Shown piece by piece: positions 9,085 to 18,812 of a DNA stretch of 64,000 bases. The position numbers and the translations under genes are program-made. The notes beneath the pieces were generated by a model. It had not been told where the DNA came from, searched no databases, and worked only from the letters and a program-made list of their open reading frames with translations. The stretch's first letter is position 1. Each line of letters opens with the position of its first letter. Source of the stretch: an uncultured Verrucomicrobiota bacterium (GTDB lineage Bacteria; Verrucomicrobiota; Verrucomicrobiia; Limisphaerales; UBA9464). The stretch covers positions 7,111 to 71,110 of the forward strand of contig CAINWP010000207.1 in NCBI GenBank assembly GCA_903854475.1. Direction: 5' to 3'.

Positions 9085-10446
9085 ATGATTCCCCGAATAA
9101 AATTGGTCTTAGGGTGCCTGTTGGGGGCTTGGATGCTGGTTGTTTCCGCCCAGGCCCAGTTGTGGGTGGGGCTCTTCGACATGGATGCCACTCCGCCCGT
9201 CGGATCGCGCTTGGCATACGATCCGGTCACCAATGTCTGGGATCTGGGCCTGCGGGCCCGAGGCGTCGTGGTCTTGGGGAGAGATCGTCCCGTGGTTCTC
9301 TGTGCCGTCGATTGGATTGGGATCGGCAACGAAGGCCACGATGCGTTTCGGCAGCAATTGGCGACGGCGGCAGGGACGACCGTGGACCGTGTGGCAGTCC
9401 ATGCGCTGCATCAGCATGATGCGCCTGAATGTGATTTCGGTGCGGAGAAAATTCTTCGCGACGCGGGAGTTAGCCCCTGGAATTACGAGGGAACATTCGC
9501 CCGAGAGTTCTTGGGCCGACTCAGCAATGCGGTGTCGCGCGCTGCCGCCCAGGCTCAGTCGTTCAACCAGGTGGGCACGGGGCAGGCTGAGGTGCATGAG
9601 GTGGCTTCCAATCGGCGCATCTTCGGTCCCGACGGCAAGGTGCGGACCGTGCGCTACACGGCCACCGTCGACCCCGCCATACGGGCAGAACCCGAGGGCG
9701 TTATCGACCCCATGGTGTCTCTCGTGAGCTTCTGGAATGATGAACGCCCGGTGGCGGTCTTGAGCTACTATGCCACGCATCCCCAAAGTTATTATCGCAC
9801 GGGCATCGCCAATCCGGATTTTCCGGGAGTCGCTCGCTTTCTGCGCCAGATCGCCGTGCCTGAAGTGCTGCACGTTCACTTTAACGGGGCCGGTGGCAAC
9901 ATCGGGGCTGGCAAGTACAATGACGGATCGCCAGCCAACCGCCGGATCCTCGGAGAACGCTTGGCCGATGGTATGCGTCGGGCCTGGGAATCTACCCGGC
10001 GCGAACCGGTGACCACCAACGATCTGCGCTGGCGATTCGAACCGGTGGCGTTGCCAGTGTCCCGGCATTTGGACGAAGACCGACTGGTGGCTCAGTTGAA
10101 GGGGCGTGAGGCCAGCTTCTTGACGGCCAATGGGGCAGGGCGCCTGGCTTGGTTGCGGCGGGCCAAATCGGGGCACCGTATCGATATTGGATGCCTGGCG
10201 CTCGGGCGGGCCCGGATCCTGCATATGCCCGGTGAACTGTTTGTGGAGTACCAATTGGCGGCCAAGGCGGAACGTAAGGATTTGTTTGTCGCCATGGCCG
10301 CCTACGGAGACTACGGCCCCTACTACATTGGCACCTCGGTGGCCTATACCGAGGGTGGGTACGAGACAGAGCCCAGGTCTTCGAATGTGGCACCCGAAGT
10401 GGAGTCGGTTTTGATGGGGGCCGTCCGGAAGTTGTTGCGGGATTGA
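9085..10446 (+). CDS. Secreted hydrolase with neutral/alkaline-ceramidase-like N-terminal domain features
   Basis: Signal peptide MIPRIKLVLGCLLGAWMLVVSAQA. HALHQHDAP and IDPMVSLVSF...YYATHPQS resemble the ceramidase ATHTHSGP and IDPQMSVLSF...VHSTS blocks. Start moved to ATG 9085 (track ORF starts at 8986). Confidence 0.5.
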   Translation: MIPRIKLVLGCLLGAWMLVVSAQAQLWVGLFDMDATPPVGSRLAYDPVTNVWDLGLRARGVVVLGRDRPVVLCAVDWIGIGNEGHDAFRQQLATAAGTTVDRVAVHALHQHDAPECDFGAEKILRDAGVSPWNYEGTFAREFLGRLSNAVSRAAAQAQSFNQVGTGQAEVHEVASNRRIFGPDGKVRTVRYTATVDPAIRAEPEGVIDPMVSLVSFWNDERPVAVLSYYATHPQSYYRTGIANPDFPGVARFLRQIAVPEVLHVHFNGAGGNIGAGKYNDGSPANRRILGERLADGMRRAWESTRREPVTTNDLRWRFEPVALPVSRHLDEDRLVAQLKGREASFLTANGAGRLAWLRRAKSGHRIDIGCLALGRARILHMPGELFVEYQLAAKAERKDLFVAMAAYGDYGPYYIGTSVAYTEGGYETEPRSSNVAPEVESVLMGAVRKLLRD

Positions 10447-10589
10447 AGTCAGTAAAACGGTCGGGTTTCTGAAGAGCCAACCGAGGTAACCCAAAGGACT
10501 CTCCACAACGTGGGGTTTGACAGGTCGACCAAGTCGGCTTAGGGCTCCGGGGCAATCGTTGGTTTAAAACTGTCAAATTCGTACAAACT

Positions 10590-11069
10590 ATGCCTATCGC
10601 TGTCGGATCCGCCGCGCCTGATTTCACCCTCAAGTCCAAGACCTCGACCGGTCTGGTTGATGTGAAGCTCAGCGCCAACTTTGGCTCCAAGAACACTGTT
10701 TTGTTGTTCGTTCCTCTGGCTTTCACCGGAGTCTGCACCCAAGAGCTGTGCGACATCACGGCCGGTCTCTCCCAGTACACCGGCCTCAATGCGGATGTCA
10801 TCGGCATCAGCGTTGACAGCCCCTTTGCGCAAGAGGCTTGGGCCAATCAGAGCAAGATCGGCATCAAGCTGGTCAGCGATCTGAACAAGGAGACGACCAA
10901 GGCCTACGGGGTTCTGTTCCCGATGTTGGCCGGTGTGGGTGACACCTCGGCTCGCGCCGCGTTTGTCATTGGTAAGGACGGCTCGGTTCATTACGCCGAG
11001 CAAACTGCTACGCCGAAGGACCTGCCCAACTTCGAAGCCGTGAAGGCCGTGTTGGCCCAGCTTCAGTAA
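10590..11069 (+). CDS. Peroxiredoxin, AhpE-like (AhpC/TSA family)
   Basis: GSAAPDFTL...VLLFVPLAFTGVCTQEL closely parallels the mycobacterial AhpE active-site block; 159 aa. Confidence 0.9.
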   Translation: MPIAVGSAAPDFTLKSKTSTGLVDVKLSANFGSKNTVLLFVPLAFTGVCTQELCDITAGLSQYTGLNADVIGISVDSPFAQEAWANQSKIGIKLVSDLNKETTKAYGVLFPMLAGVGDTSARAAFVIGKDGSVHYAEQTATPKDLPNFEAVKAVLAQLQ

Positions 11070-11107
11070 GGTATCAGTCACTCGCTCGGTCAGTTGCCGA
11101 GTTGTTT

Positions 11108-11141
11108 AAAAGGGCGGAATGGGCGACCATTCCGCCCTTTC
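11108..11141 (+). terminator. Rho-independent terminator after the peroxiredoxin gene
   Basis: aaa-agggcggaatgg-gcga-ccattccgccct-tt: 12-bp perfect stem, 4-nt loop, flanking A/T runs. Confidence 0.7.
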
Positions 11142-11543
11142 CATCAGAGCGGCCACAGGGGGCACTCCGCAATGCTCTTCAAGTCGCAGGGTTTCGTCGC
11201 AGGTTTCCATGAGGAGTCGGAGTTACCCTGAGGCCTTCTTTCTTTTAAAGCCGGAACGATTCAGTGAGACGGTTCGCACTTGGCGGGTCTTCCTCCGCAA
11301 GGGTTTAGCTCCTTGTCCTGCAAAAAATTCGCCCCGCAATGACTTCGTTCCCTACTAAATCCTTCCGGATAAGGGCTCATTTCTGTGGATAAGGAATGGA
11401 ATCTCCCTGCAGAATGAACGAGTAGGAAAGAGACGAGCGGTAAAAATCTTTGGGCCTAAGCCCGGAAGTCCGCCTGTTTTACGGTTTGACCCGGTTTTCC
11501 TGCAGCCGTTAGTTTTAGCGGCTCTGCAGACTCAGCAAATTTT

Positions 11544-13205
11544 ATGATCGGATCGATTCGCAAACATTCGAAGTGGCTTTGGGCCATCGTCGTCACCGCG
11601 GTCATCTCCAGCTTCGTTATCTGGAGCGATGCCCGTGGCGGTCGAAACTCTTTTGATTTCGGTGGCTCCGATTTCGGAAAGCTCTACGGCCGGCCGATCA
11701 CCCGTGATCAGCTGCTCAAGGCCCGCACGGCGGCAGCTGTGGATGACGCACTGCGCGGTGGTCGCACTCGCGGAGCCTCCGCCGACAATGAGCGTCAGGT
11801 CGCCGAGTTGATGGTGCTTCAAGCCAAAGTGAAGGACATGGGTATTCAGGTGAGCGACGACGCCGTGGGCAAGTACCTGCGGGAGAATTTCAAGGACCCC
11901 AACACGGGAACCTTTAACTACGACGCCTTCATACAGAATTTACGGCAGCGCGCCCGCATCGACGAGGCCACTTTCCTGGAGCACATCCGCCAGCAGGTGG
12001 CCATTCAGCACTTGGTCGAGACGGTTGGAGCCGCCTCCCGTTTGGTGACGCCTCGTGAGGTGGAGTCCGACTATCGCCGCGACAACGAGCGCTGGGTGAC
12101 TAAGGCCGCTCTCTTCAGCGTGTCCAACCGTGTGGCAAGCATCACAGCCAAGCCGGAAGACCTCAGTCAGTTCTACAGCAACCGCATCGCCTACTACCGC
12201 ATCCCCGAGCGCTCTGTGCTGGTGTATGTGCGCTTTGACGCGACCAACCACATCGCCGAGGCCGAAGCCATGATCGCTAAGGAGCCCGGCTTTACCAATC
12301 GTCTTGAGGAGTTTTACAAGCAGCGCGGTGCCGACACGTTCCGCGACGAGAACGAAAAGGTCCTGAGCAAGGAAGCCGCCTTGCGCAAGATTCGTGATGA
12401 GGCTTCTTCTCAAGGCGCACTGGGTCTGGCCCGCCAGGCAGCCGTTCGTTTCAATGAGGAGCTGGGCAGCCTGACCAACGTTACGGCATCGTCGTTTGCA
12501 ATGACGGCAGCCAAACTGAAGGTGCCTCTGCGCAGCACCACCCCGTTCCGCGCGGGTGAGCGCATTGTCGGTTTGGAGACTGTGCAGGCCTTGCCGCAGC
12601 GCGTGGCAGGACTCACCGCCGAAACGCCCTACACAGAGCCGTTGGACGGTGAGGGTTTCGTAGTGATTCCGATGCTTCAGACCAAGCTCGCCCAGGAGAT
12701 TCCTTCTTTTGCGACGGTCCGCGAGCGGGTGCTTCAAGACTACAAGACGGATCGCGCTCGTGCGGCGGCCCGCGAGGCGGGTGAAAAGTTCCAAGCCACT
12801 GCCACTACTGGCCTGATCTCTGGAAAGCGTTTTGCCGATATCGCTGCGACCGAGAAGGTCTCGGTCGTCGCAGTTCCGGAATTCACGACCGCAGCCCAGA
12901 ACGTCGCAGGTTTGGATTCTCGATTGAACCTATACCTCGTGCGCAACGCCGCTATGAGCGCGAATTCCAACGGGGTTTCCCGCTACATCGAAAGCACCGA
13001 TGGTGGTTTCGTTCTTTACTTAGAGAAGAAGGAACCGGTGTCCAATGAAGCCGTGAAGCTGGCCTTACCTGCAGCTCTCGTCGAGGCACGGCAGCAGCGC
13101 CGCATGACGGTGTTCCAGTCTTGGTTCTCCTCTGAGTTCCAGAAGTCGGGAGCCTTGGCCGCCAAGACACCTTCGACCTTGTCTGGCGTGCCGCCCGCCC
13201 AATGA
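11544..13205 (+). CDS. PpiD/SurA-N-domain periplasmic chaperone-like protein (parvulin signature not evident)
   Basis: N-terminus MIGSIRKHSKWLWAIVVTAVISSFVIW matches the PpiD-type signal anchor; 553 aa. I could not see a GG.LG parvulin motif. Confidence 0.7.
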   Translation: MIGSIRKHSKWLWAIVVTAVISSFVIWSDARGGRNSFDFGGSDFGKLYGRPITRDQLLKARTAAAVDDALRGGRTRGASADNERQVAELMVLQAKVKDMGIQVSDDAVGKYLRENFKDPNTGTFNYDAFIQNLRQRARIDEATFLEHIRQQVAIQHLVETVGAASRLVTPREVESDYRRDNERWVTKAALFSVSNRVASITAKPEDLSQFYSNRIAYYRIPERSVLVYVRFDATNHIAEAEAMIAKEPGFTNRLEEFYKQRGADTFRDENEKVLSKEAALRKIRDEASSQGALGLARQAAVRFNEELGSLTNVTASSFAMTAAKLKVPLRSTTPFRAGERIVGLETVQALPQRVAGLTAETPYTEPLDGEGFVVIPMLQTKLAQEIPSFATVRERVLQDYKTDRARAAAREAGEKFQATATTGLISGKRFADIAATEKVSVVAVPEFTTAAQNVAGLDSRLNLYLVRNAAMSANSNGVSRYIESTDGGFVLYLEKKEPVSNEAVKLALPAALVEARQQRRMTVFQSWFSSEFQKSGALAAKTPSTLSGVPPAQ

Positions 13206-14008
13206 AGGCCCCGAGGCCGGTCATTAAACTCTCCGCACCGGTGACCGGCCAGTTCTGGTCTGTCCCCGTCGTCTACGAAGACGCCCGCCTGCTGGCCATC
13301 GACAAGCCGGCGCGGTTACTGACATCTCCAGACCGCTACGATCCGGAGCGCCCAAACCTCATGAAACTGCTCCATGCGGGCATTGAGCGTGGGACGGAAT
13401 GGGCGGCAAGTCGGAAGTTGGACTATCTGGCTAATGCCCATCGGTTGGATTTCGAAACCACGGGCGTTCTGTTGCTGGCCAAGGACAAGCCGGCGTTGGT
13501 CCACTTGGCCAACCAGTTCGGCGGTGCGATGCCTGAGAAGACTTATGTGGCACTGGTGCCCGGCAATCCGGAGCAGGACGAGTTCGAGGTGGATCTCAAG
13601 TTAATGCAGGATCCCCGCCTGACGGGAATGATGCGATGGAACAAGGACGGCAAGAAGGCCTTCACGCGTTTTCGGGTCTTGGAGCGGTTCCGTGGCGTGA
13701 CCTTGTTGTCCTGCCATCCCGAGACGGGTCGAACCCACCAGATCCGGGTTCACCTCAAGTTTGCGGGCTTTCCCATCTACGGAGATGAGTTTTACGGGGA
13801 TGGACGTCGGTTGTTCCTCTCAGCGCTGAAACCCTCTTACCGTCTTAAGGAAGGTCAGGAGGAGCGCCCTTTGACCCCATCGCTCGCCCTGCATGCGTGG
13901 AAATTAGCGGTGGCCCATCCGGACGACGAGCGGCGGGTCGAGATCACGGCTCCCTGGCACGACGACCTGGAGGTGGCTCTCAAGTACCTCCGCAAGTTCG
14001 GCAAATAG
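13202..14008 (+). CDS. RluA-family pseudouridine synthase
   Basis: LLAIDKPARLL, HRLDFETTGVLLLAKD and GRTHQIRVHL motifs. ATGA overlap with the upstream stop. Confidence 0.9.
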   Translation: MKAPRPVIKLSAPVTGQFWSVPVVYEDARLLAIDKPARLLTSPDRYDPERPNLMKLLHAGIERGTEWAASRKLDYLANAHRLDFETTGVLLLAKDKPALVHLANQFGGAMPEKTYVALVPGNPEQDEFEVDLKLMQDPRLTGMMRWNKDGKKAFTRFRVLERFRGVTLLSCHPETGRTHQIRVHLKFAGFPIYGDEFYGDGRRLFLSALKPSYRLKEGQEERPLTPSLALHAWKLAVAHPDDERRVEITAPWHDDLEVALKYLRKFGK

Positions 14009-14108
14009 TCACCCAGCCACGGCCTCCCAGAAGACTGGGAATCCGTGTTGTTGACTGCGCTGTTTGCTTTCCAATGGACGGGCTTCGGACTTCAATTGTC
14101 TTACAAAC

Positions 14109-15992
14109 GTGAGTTACCAGGTCATCGCCCGAAAATACCGTCCCCAGCGTTTTGCCGACGTGGTGGGGCAGGAACATGTGACCACCACCTTGGCCAACGC
14201 CATTCGTCTAGGGCGGATCGCGCATGGCTACTTGTTCTGTGGGCCTCGTGGTACAGGCAAGACCACCTTGGCTCGTATTTTTGCCAAGGCCCTCAATTGC
14301 ACCGGTGGACCCAGCGTTGAGTTCGACGATGCCGACCCGAGGGTGAAGGAAATCACCGAGGGGCGCTCCTTAGACGTATTGGAGATCGACGGTGCTTCGA
14401 ACAACGGCGTCGACCAGGTCCGTGAGCTGCGAGATACGGCCAAGTTTTCGCCCGCCTCGGGCAAGTACAAAATTTACATCATCGACGAGGTGCACATGCT
14501 CTCGACAGCGGCTTTCAATGCGCTGCTCAAGACGTTGGAAGAGCCTCCGCCGCATGTGAAGTTCCTCTTCGCGACGACCGATCCCGAGAAGGTTCTGCCG
14601 ACGATTCTGAGTCGATGTCAGCGGTTTGACCTCCGCCGGATCCCGGCGGCACTCATCGTCAAGCATCTGGCTTGGATCGCCGAGCAAGAGAAGGTCTCGA
14701 TCGATCCGGACGCCCTCTTGGCCATCGCCCGTGGTGCGGACGGCGGCATGAGGGATGCCGAGTCGACTCTGGACCAGTTGATCAGCTTTTGCGGTGACCG
14801 GATTGTCGAATCCGATGTGTTGTCGATGTTCGGCTTGGCGGCCCGTGCTCAGCTCATGCAGCTGGTGGACGCGCTTCTGGAAGGCGACATTGCCACCACC
14901 TTGCGGCTTCTGGAGGAGCTGACCAGTTCCGGTAAAGACTTGGGGCGTCTGCTGGCAGACTTGCTCAATCATTTCCGCAATTTGTTGCTCTTTCTGGTTT
15001 CCGGGTCCGAGGCGGGTTTGCTCAATGTCAGTGAAGCTGAGATGGGGGCACTCACTCGACAGGCTAAACACATCGACGCGGACGCCCTGACTCGAGTGAT
15101 GGAGGTGTTGAGTGCGGCCGAGGGGCGTCAGCGAGAGGTGGCTTCCAAGCGCATCTTCATGGAGGTGACGTTGCTCAAGGTGATCCAAGCCCGCGAGGCC
15201 ACGAGCCTTGATGCCGTGCTCAAGCAATTGAAGGCGATGCGGGATCAGGTTCCGGCGGGTCCTGCGGTGGCAGTGCCTGCAGCGTCGACAACGAAGGTGA
15301 ACTCCGCAGCCCCAGCGACGCCGCCGGCCCCCGTGGTTACCCCTACCGTCGTGGCCCCTACAGTGGTATCCCCGCCGGTCAACCCGCCGTTGCCGAAACC
15401 TCCAGCGTCGTCGGTTCCGTCAGTGGCTCCAGTCGTCAACCCGCCGGCCGCCGCCATCTCTTCGCTCCCGATTCCGAGTGGACCGGCCAAATCGCCGTTA
15501 GATTCGGCCCCGTTACTGTCGGAGAGTTCCCAGACGATCGAAGCGATCTGGCAGGTATTGATGGCGCAATTGCCTCACAGTGAGGGTCTCCTTCGGGCGG
15601 CGCTGCAACAGAGTCGCGCGGAGAGTTGGTTGCGCGAGACATTGACCATCGCTCATCCCCCTGAAGCCTATCTCGATACCGCTCGGAACATTGGCACCCT
15701 GCAAACGGTGCTTCAGACCATCACCGGCAAGAGGGTGACGTTGCGTTTTGTGGTCTCGGAGAGTCTTTCAGTTCCGGAGTCGGTGGTCCCTATATTGAGC
15801 CCTACAAGCTCACCTCGGGAAAGCGCCCGACCCTCCGCGTCCGAGGTGAAGCCAACGGAGGCCAAACCCAAAGCGGGGGCACCGGTTTTGTTGAACAAGG
15901 ATGAATTCCTCAATGACCCGCTGATCCGTCAGGCATTGGAAGTCTTCAAGGGGCGGATCATGGAAGTCCGGGGACCCTCTGAAGCCAGTTGA
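14109..15992 (+). CDS. dnaX: DNA polymerase III subunit gamma/tau
   Basis: VSYQVIARKYRPQRFADVVGQEH, GPRGTGKTT, IIDEVHMLS and SRCQRFD motifs, with a Pro-rich linker. GTG 14109 gives the canonical N-terminus (track ORF starts at TTG 14064). Confidence 0.95.
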   Translation: MSYQVIARKYRPQRFADVVGQEHVTTTLANAIRLGRIAHGYLFCGPRGTGKTTLARIFAKALNCTGGPSVEFDDADPRVKEITEGRSLDVLEIDGASNNGVDQVRELRDTAKFSPASGKYKIYIIDEVHMLSTAAFNALLKTLEEPPPHVKFLFATTDPEKVLPTILSRCQRFDLRRIPAALIVKHLAWIAEQEKVSIDPDALLAIARGADGGMRDAESTLDQLISFCGDRIVESDVLSMFGLAARAQLMQLVDALLEGDIATTLRLLEELTSSGKDLGRLLADLLNHFRNLLLFLVSGSEAGLLNVSEAEMGALTRQAKHIDADALTRVMEVLSAAEGRQREVASKRIFMEVTLLKVIQAREATSLDAVLKQLKAMRDQVPAGPAVAVPAASTTKVNSAAPATPPAPVVTPTVVAPTVVSPPVNPPLPKPPASSVPSVAPVVNPPAAAISSLPIPSGPAKSPLDSAPLLSESSQTIEAIWQVLMAQLPHSEGLLRAALQQSRAESWLRETLTIAHPPEAYLDTARNIGTLQTVLQTITGKRVTLRFVVSESLSVPESVVPILSPTSSPRESARPSASEVKPTEAKPKAGAPVLLNKDEFLNDPLIRQALEVFKGRIMEVRGPSEAS

Positions 15993-16099
15993 CCTACCCC
16001 TCTGAGTCCAATCATCGACCCCAGAGGTTGCCTCGATAGGGATCTCTCGTTCAGACTGCCGCCAGACAGGATAACAATTTTAGTTCGTAACCACACACT

Positions 16100-16411
16100 A
16101 TGAGCAGCGTTGGAAAACTCATGCGGCAGGCACAGCGCATCCAGCAGCAGATGGAGACCGTTCAAGCGTCCATCGCGCAGAAGACCATCGAAACCACCTC
16201 GGGTGGCGGAGCCGTCAAAGTGGTCGTTTCTGGAGATGGTCAGCTAAAGGCCATTCACATCAACCCGGATGCTGTGAACAAGGACGACGTGGCATTCTTG
16301 GAAGATCTCTTGCTGACGGCGATCAACCAAGGCCTGAACCAGGCCAAGGAGATCTCCAACAAGGAGATGGGTTCGGTGACCCAGGGATTTGGTCTTCCGG
16401 GGATGTTCTGA
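16100..16411 (+). CDS. ybaB: YbaB/EbfC nucleoid-associated protein
   Basis: 103 aa with the MRQAQRIQQQMETVQ...GGGAVKVVVSGDG pattern. Sits in the conserved dnaX-ybaB-recR context. Confidence 0.92.
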   Translation: MSSVGKLMRQAQRIQQQMETVQASIAQKTIETTSGGGAVKVVVSGDGQLKAIHINPDAVNKDDVAFLEDLLLTAINQGLNQAKEISNKEMGSVTQGFGLPGMF

Positions 16412-16426
16412 ACCCCGGCTGATGCG

Positions 16427-17029
16427 ATGACCGAGTTGCCCCTTCCGATTCAGGCGTTGGTTCTCGCGCTCAAATCGTTGCCTGGGATTGGACCGCGTTC
16501 GGCCGAGAGGTTGGCGCTCCATGTCATCCAAATGGAGCCGGAGCGGGTTCGAGTTCTGTCCGAAGCACTAATGTTTGTCCGCGAGCGCATTGTTGCCTGC
16601 GAGCGCTGTGGGGGACTGACCGAGTGTCAACCGTGCCGAATTTGTTCCGATGGCCTGCGCGACGCTGGGTTGCTCTGTGTGGTCGAACGACCCACGGACA
16701 TCTTGAGTTTTGAAAAATCCGGTGCCTTCCGAGGTAAGTATCACGTTTTGGGAGGTAAACTGAGTCCACTGGACGGCGTTGGCCCAGAAGATCTTCGGAT
16801 CCGCGAGTTGGAGGCCCGCATGTCGGAGGGCCCTGTTCGTGAGGTGGTGGTGGCGTTGTCTGGGGATGTCGAGGGTGAAGCAACCGCCCATTACATCCGC
16901 CAGCGTCTTGCCGGAGTCGGTGCACGCATTACCCGACTGGCTCAAGGGCTTCCGGCCGGAGCGGGTTTGGAATACGCCGACGAGCTCACCTTAAGCCGTG
17001 CCCTGGAGGGTCGACGCGAATTTTCATGA
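16427..17029 (+). CDS. recR: Recombination protein RecR
   Basis: LPGIGPRSAERLA helix-hairpin-helix, a C4 zinc finger (CERCGGLTECQPCRIC) and a Toprim region. Confidence 0.95.
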   Translation: MTELPLPIQALVLALKSLPGIGPRSAERLALHVIQMEPERVRVLSEALMFVRERIVACERCGGLTECQPCRICSDGLRDAGLLCVVERPTDILSFEKSGAFRGKYHVLGGKLSPLDGVGPEDLRIRELEARMSEGPVREVVVALSGDVEGEATAHYIRQRLAGVGARITRLAQGLPAGAGLEYADELTLSRALEGRREFS

Positions 17030-17643
17030 ATGCCTCACGAGTACCGCAAGCCGTCGTTTTTGACTTGGGCAAAGTGCTTCTGGATTTCGATTACGGAATC
17101 CTCGCCCGTCGCATGGCAAGCCAGTCCAGCATTTCCGCCGAGGAGATCCTGAGGGTGGTCAACCAGACCCCGCTTCTGCATCGCTACGAGACGGGCCTCA
17201 TCAGCGACCGTGATTTTTATGAAGCCGTGGTGACAGCGACCGGATTTCGTGGTGCTGAAGAAGAGTTTCTAAATTGGTTTGGCGATATTTTCACTGAGAT
17301 CATTCCGATGGTGGAGCTTCAGAGGCAGTTGGTCTGTAGGGGTGTTCCCACTTACGTTTTTTCCAACACCAATGCGCAGGCAATTCGGCACGTGCGCCAA
17401 TCCTTTGCCTTCTATGGCCAGTTCACCGGAGAAGTGTTGTCCTACGAAGTTCGCTCCATGAAGCCAGACAGCCGCATTTATGAGGCTGTGGAGGGTCTTT
17501 CCGGATTCACCGGCAACGACTTGCTCTATCTGGACGACCGTCCTGAAAATATCGCCGCTGGAGACTCCCGTGGATGGCAGGCATGGATTCATGCGGATCC
17601 TGCGGAAACGGTCTCCCGTGTCTCGGCCTTGATGGGGCTTTGA
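17026..17643 (+). CDS. HAD-superfamily hydrolase, YihX-like subfamily IA
   Basis: VVFDLGKVLLDFDY resembles YihX IFDLGNVIVDIDF; also VFSNTN and LYLDDRPENI motifs. ATGA overlap with the recR stop. Confidence 0.8.
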   Translation: MNASRVPQAVVFDLGKVLLDFDYGILARRMASQSSISAEEILRVVNQTPLLHRYETGLISDRDFYEAVVTATGFRGAEEEFLNWFGDIFTEIIPMVELQRQLVCRGVPTYVFSNTNAQAIRHVRQSFAFYGQFTGEVLSYEVRSMKPDSRIYEAVEGLSGFTGNDLLYLDDRPENIAAGDSRGWQAWIHADPAETVSRVSALMGL

Positions 17644-17730
17644 GCCTCCTACCGATCTTCTACCGAATTCTTTTTCCCGAATCTGGATTTCGGAAGTCCG
17701 ATTCGCCCCATCCTGTCGGATCTGGAATGC

Positions 17731-18693
17731 CTACCCGATGGCATTGACGCGGAGGTCTCGGAGGGTTTTGAGGTGAGGTAGAGGGACGCCGCGGATGGGA
17801 CGAGCTCCCTCGATGCGTTTTGGGCCGAAGTGGGAGCGATGGTGAGCGAAGACCTGATTAACGAAATCCCTTGAGCCGATGGCCACCCCGGCAGTGAGGT
17901 GACGAACCCTGAGGCGGAGAATTTCTGGAAGGCTCAAGCGTCCTCCGCGGGCTAATTCAGCGCGGATGGCGTCCCTATTGATGACCTGCTTATCGCTGTG
18001 GCCAGCGACCCCAGCGGTGGTGAAGAGATTCAGGCGGTATTCTGCGGCAGCGGCACCCCAAGACCTGCCTGACAGGAAGCTCATCAGCCCATTGCGAACC
18101 ACTAGATTACCCGCCAGAGCGGCTGAATAGCCGCAGAAGCGGTAGTCCTTCGGATCGGAGACTAAGCCAGCGCGGACGGGATTGAGGTCGATATAGGAAG
18201 CGACCGTTTGGAGCGCGGTGGTGGAATCCTCGATGAGAGTGCTGGAGAAGCGTTCTGCCCAGACAGTACCGAAGCGGTTGGAGTGGCGATTGAACCAGCG
18301 GCTGAAGCGTTGTTTAAACTCCTTCATGAACGCGGAGACATCGCCCATGCGTCTCGAGAGGGAGTAGCGGATGTGAGAACTGATGGAGCCTGTGCGTTGG
18401 AGATCGGCTCTAGCTAGAGAGGGTAGGAGAGCTTGTTTGCCGTAGAAGCGTTCCGCCCGAAGGAGGAGGGCGGAGTCTGGAATGTAGGACGAGGCTGGTA
18501 TCCGGATGAGCAAGTGGAAGTGGTTAGACATCATGCAGTAGGTGATGATTTCCACGCCACAGAACTGAGCTAGAGGGAGGAGCAGGTCCACCAGACGTTG
18601 TTTAGCGAAGTCATCGAGCAAGAACTGCCCCCCGACGGTCCGAGAAACGCAGTGATAAACCGCCCCCGCCTCCTTAATTCGAGCCCTTCGCAT
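17731..18693 (-). CDS. Y1/HUH (IS200-like fold) REP-associated-tyrosine-transposase-like protein with long C-terminal extension
   Basis: YHCVSRTVGGQFLL and MSNHFHLLIR (HUH motif), plus ASYIDLNPVRAGL. 320 aa, longer than minimal RAYTs. Confidence 0.8.
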   Translation of the reverse strand: MRRARIKEAGAVYHCVSRTVGGQFLLDDFAKQRLVDLLLPLAQFCGVEIITYCMMSNHFHLLIRIPASSYIPDSALLLRAERFYGKQALLPSLARADLQRTGSISSHIRYSLSRRMGDVSAFMKEFKQRFSRWFNRHSNRFGTVWAERFSSTLIEDSTTALQTVASYIDLNPVRAGLVSDPKDYRFCGYSAALAGNLVVRNGLMSFLSGRSWGAAAAEYRLNLFTTAGVAGHSDKQVINRDAIRAELARGGRLSLPEILRLRVRHLTAGVAIGSRDFVNQVFAHHRSHFGPKRIEGARPIRGVPLPHLKTLRDLRVNAIG

Positions 18694-18812
18694 ACCTCAA
18701 AGCTAACTAGTCACCATCAGCATTCAATAACAATTAACAACAATGAACCTGTCACCATGTTGTTTTTGGGTGGGTTGGCTTTGTGGCGGAGATTCGTTTA
18801 AATGCTTTCAAA

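Noticed and set aside
9109-10506. 465-aa minus-strand ORF
   Set aside because: It is antisense to the ceramidase-like gene. It has Arg/Gly/Pro/His-rich composition and no motifs.
11142-11543. 400-nt untranslated stretch upstream of the PpiD-like gene as a possible ncRNA (the string cccggaagtccgcc recalls the RNase P P4 GGAAAGUCCGG)
   Set aside because: The similarity is only a 9-nt partial resemblance. None of the other RNase P, tmRNA or 6S hallmarks are present. Track ORF 11119..11358 has no coding character. The region is left unannotated.
14009-14108. SRP RNA (ffs), which often precedes dnaX
   Set aside because: The 100-nt spacer lacks the conserved GGUCCGGAAGGAAGCAGCC-type domain IV sequence and has no extended helix.
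11940-15227. 284-285-aa minus-strand ORFs (11940..12794 and 14370..15227), plus the many 60-190-aa ORFs nested in ppiD-like, dnaX, cstA, larC and the heme-protein gene
   Set aside because: All are embedded antisense or out of frame within confidently assigned genes. They are typical high-GC shadow ORFs.
14109-15992. Programmed -1 frameshift site in dnaX (A AAA AAG type)
   Set aside because: No A-rich slippery heptamer is seen anywhere in the gene. The Pro-rich linker is GC-rich. tau/gamma production by frameshifting is not supported.
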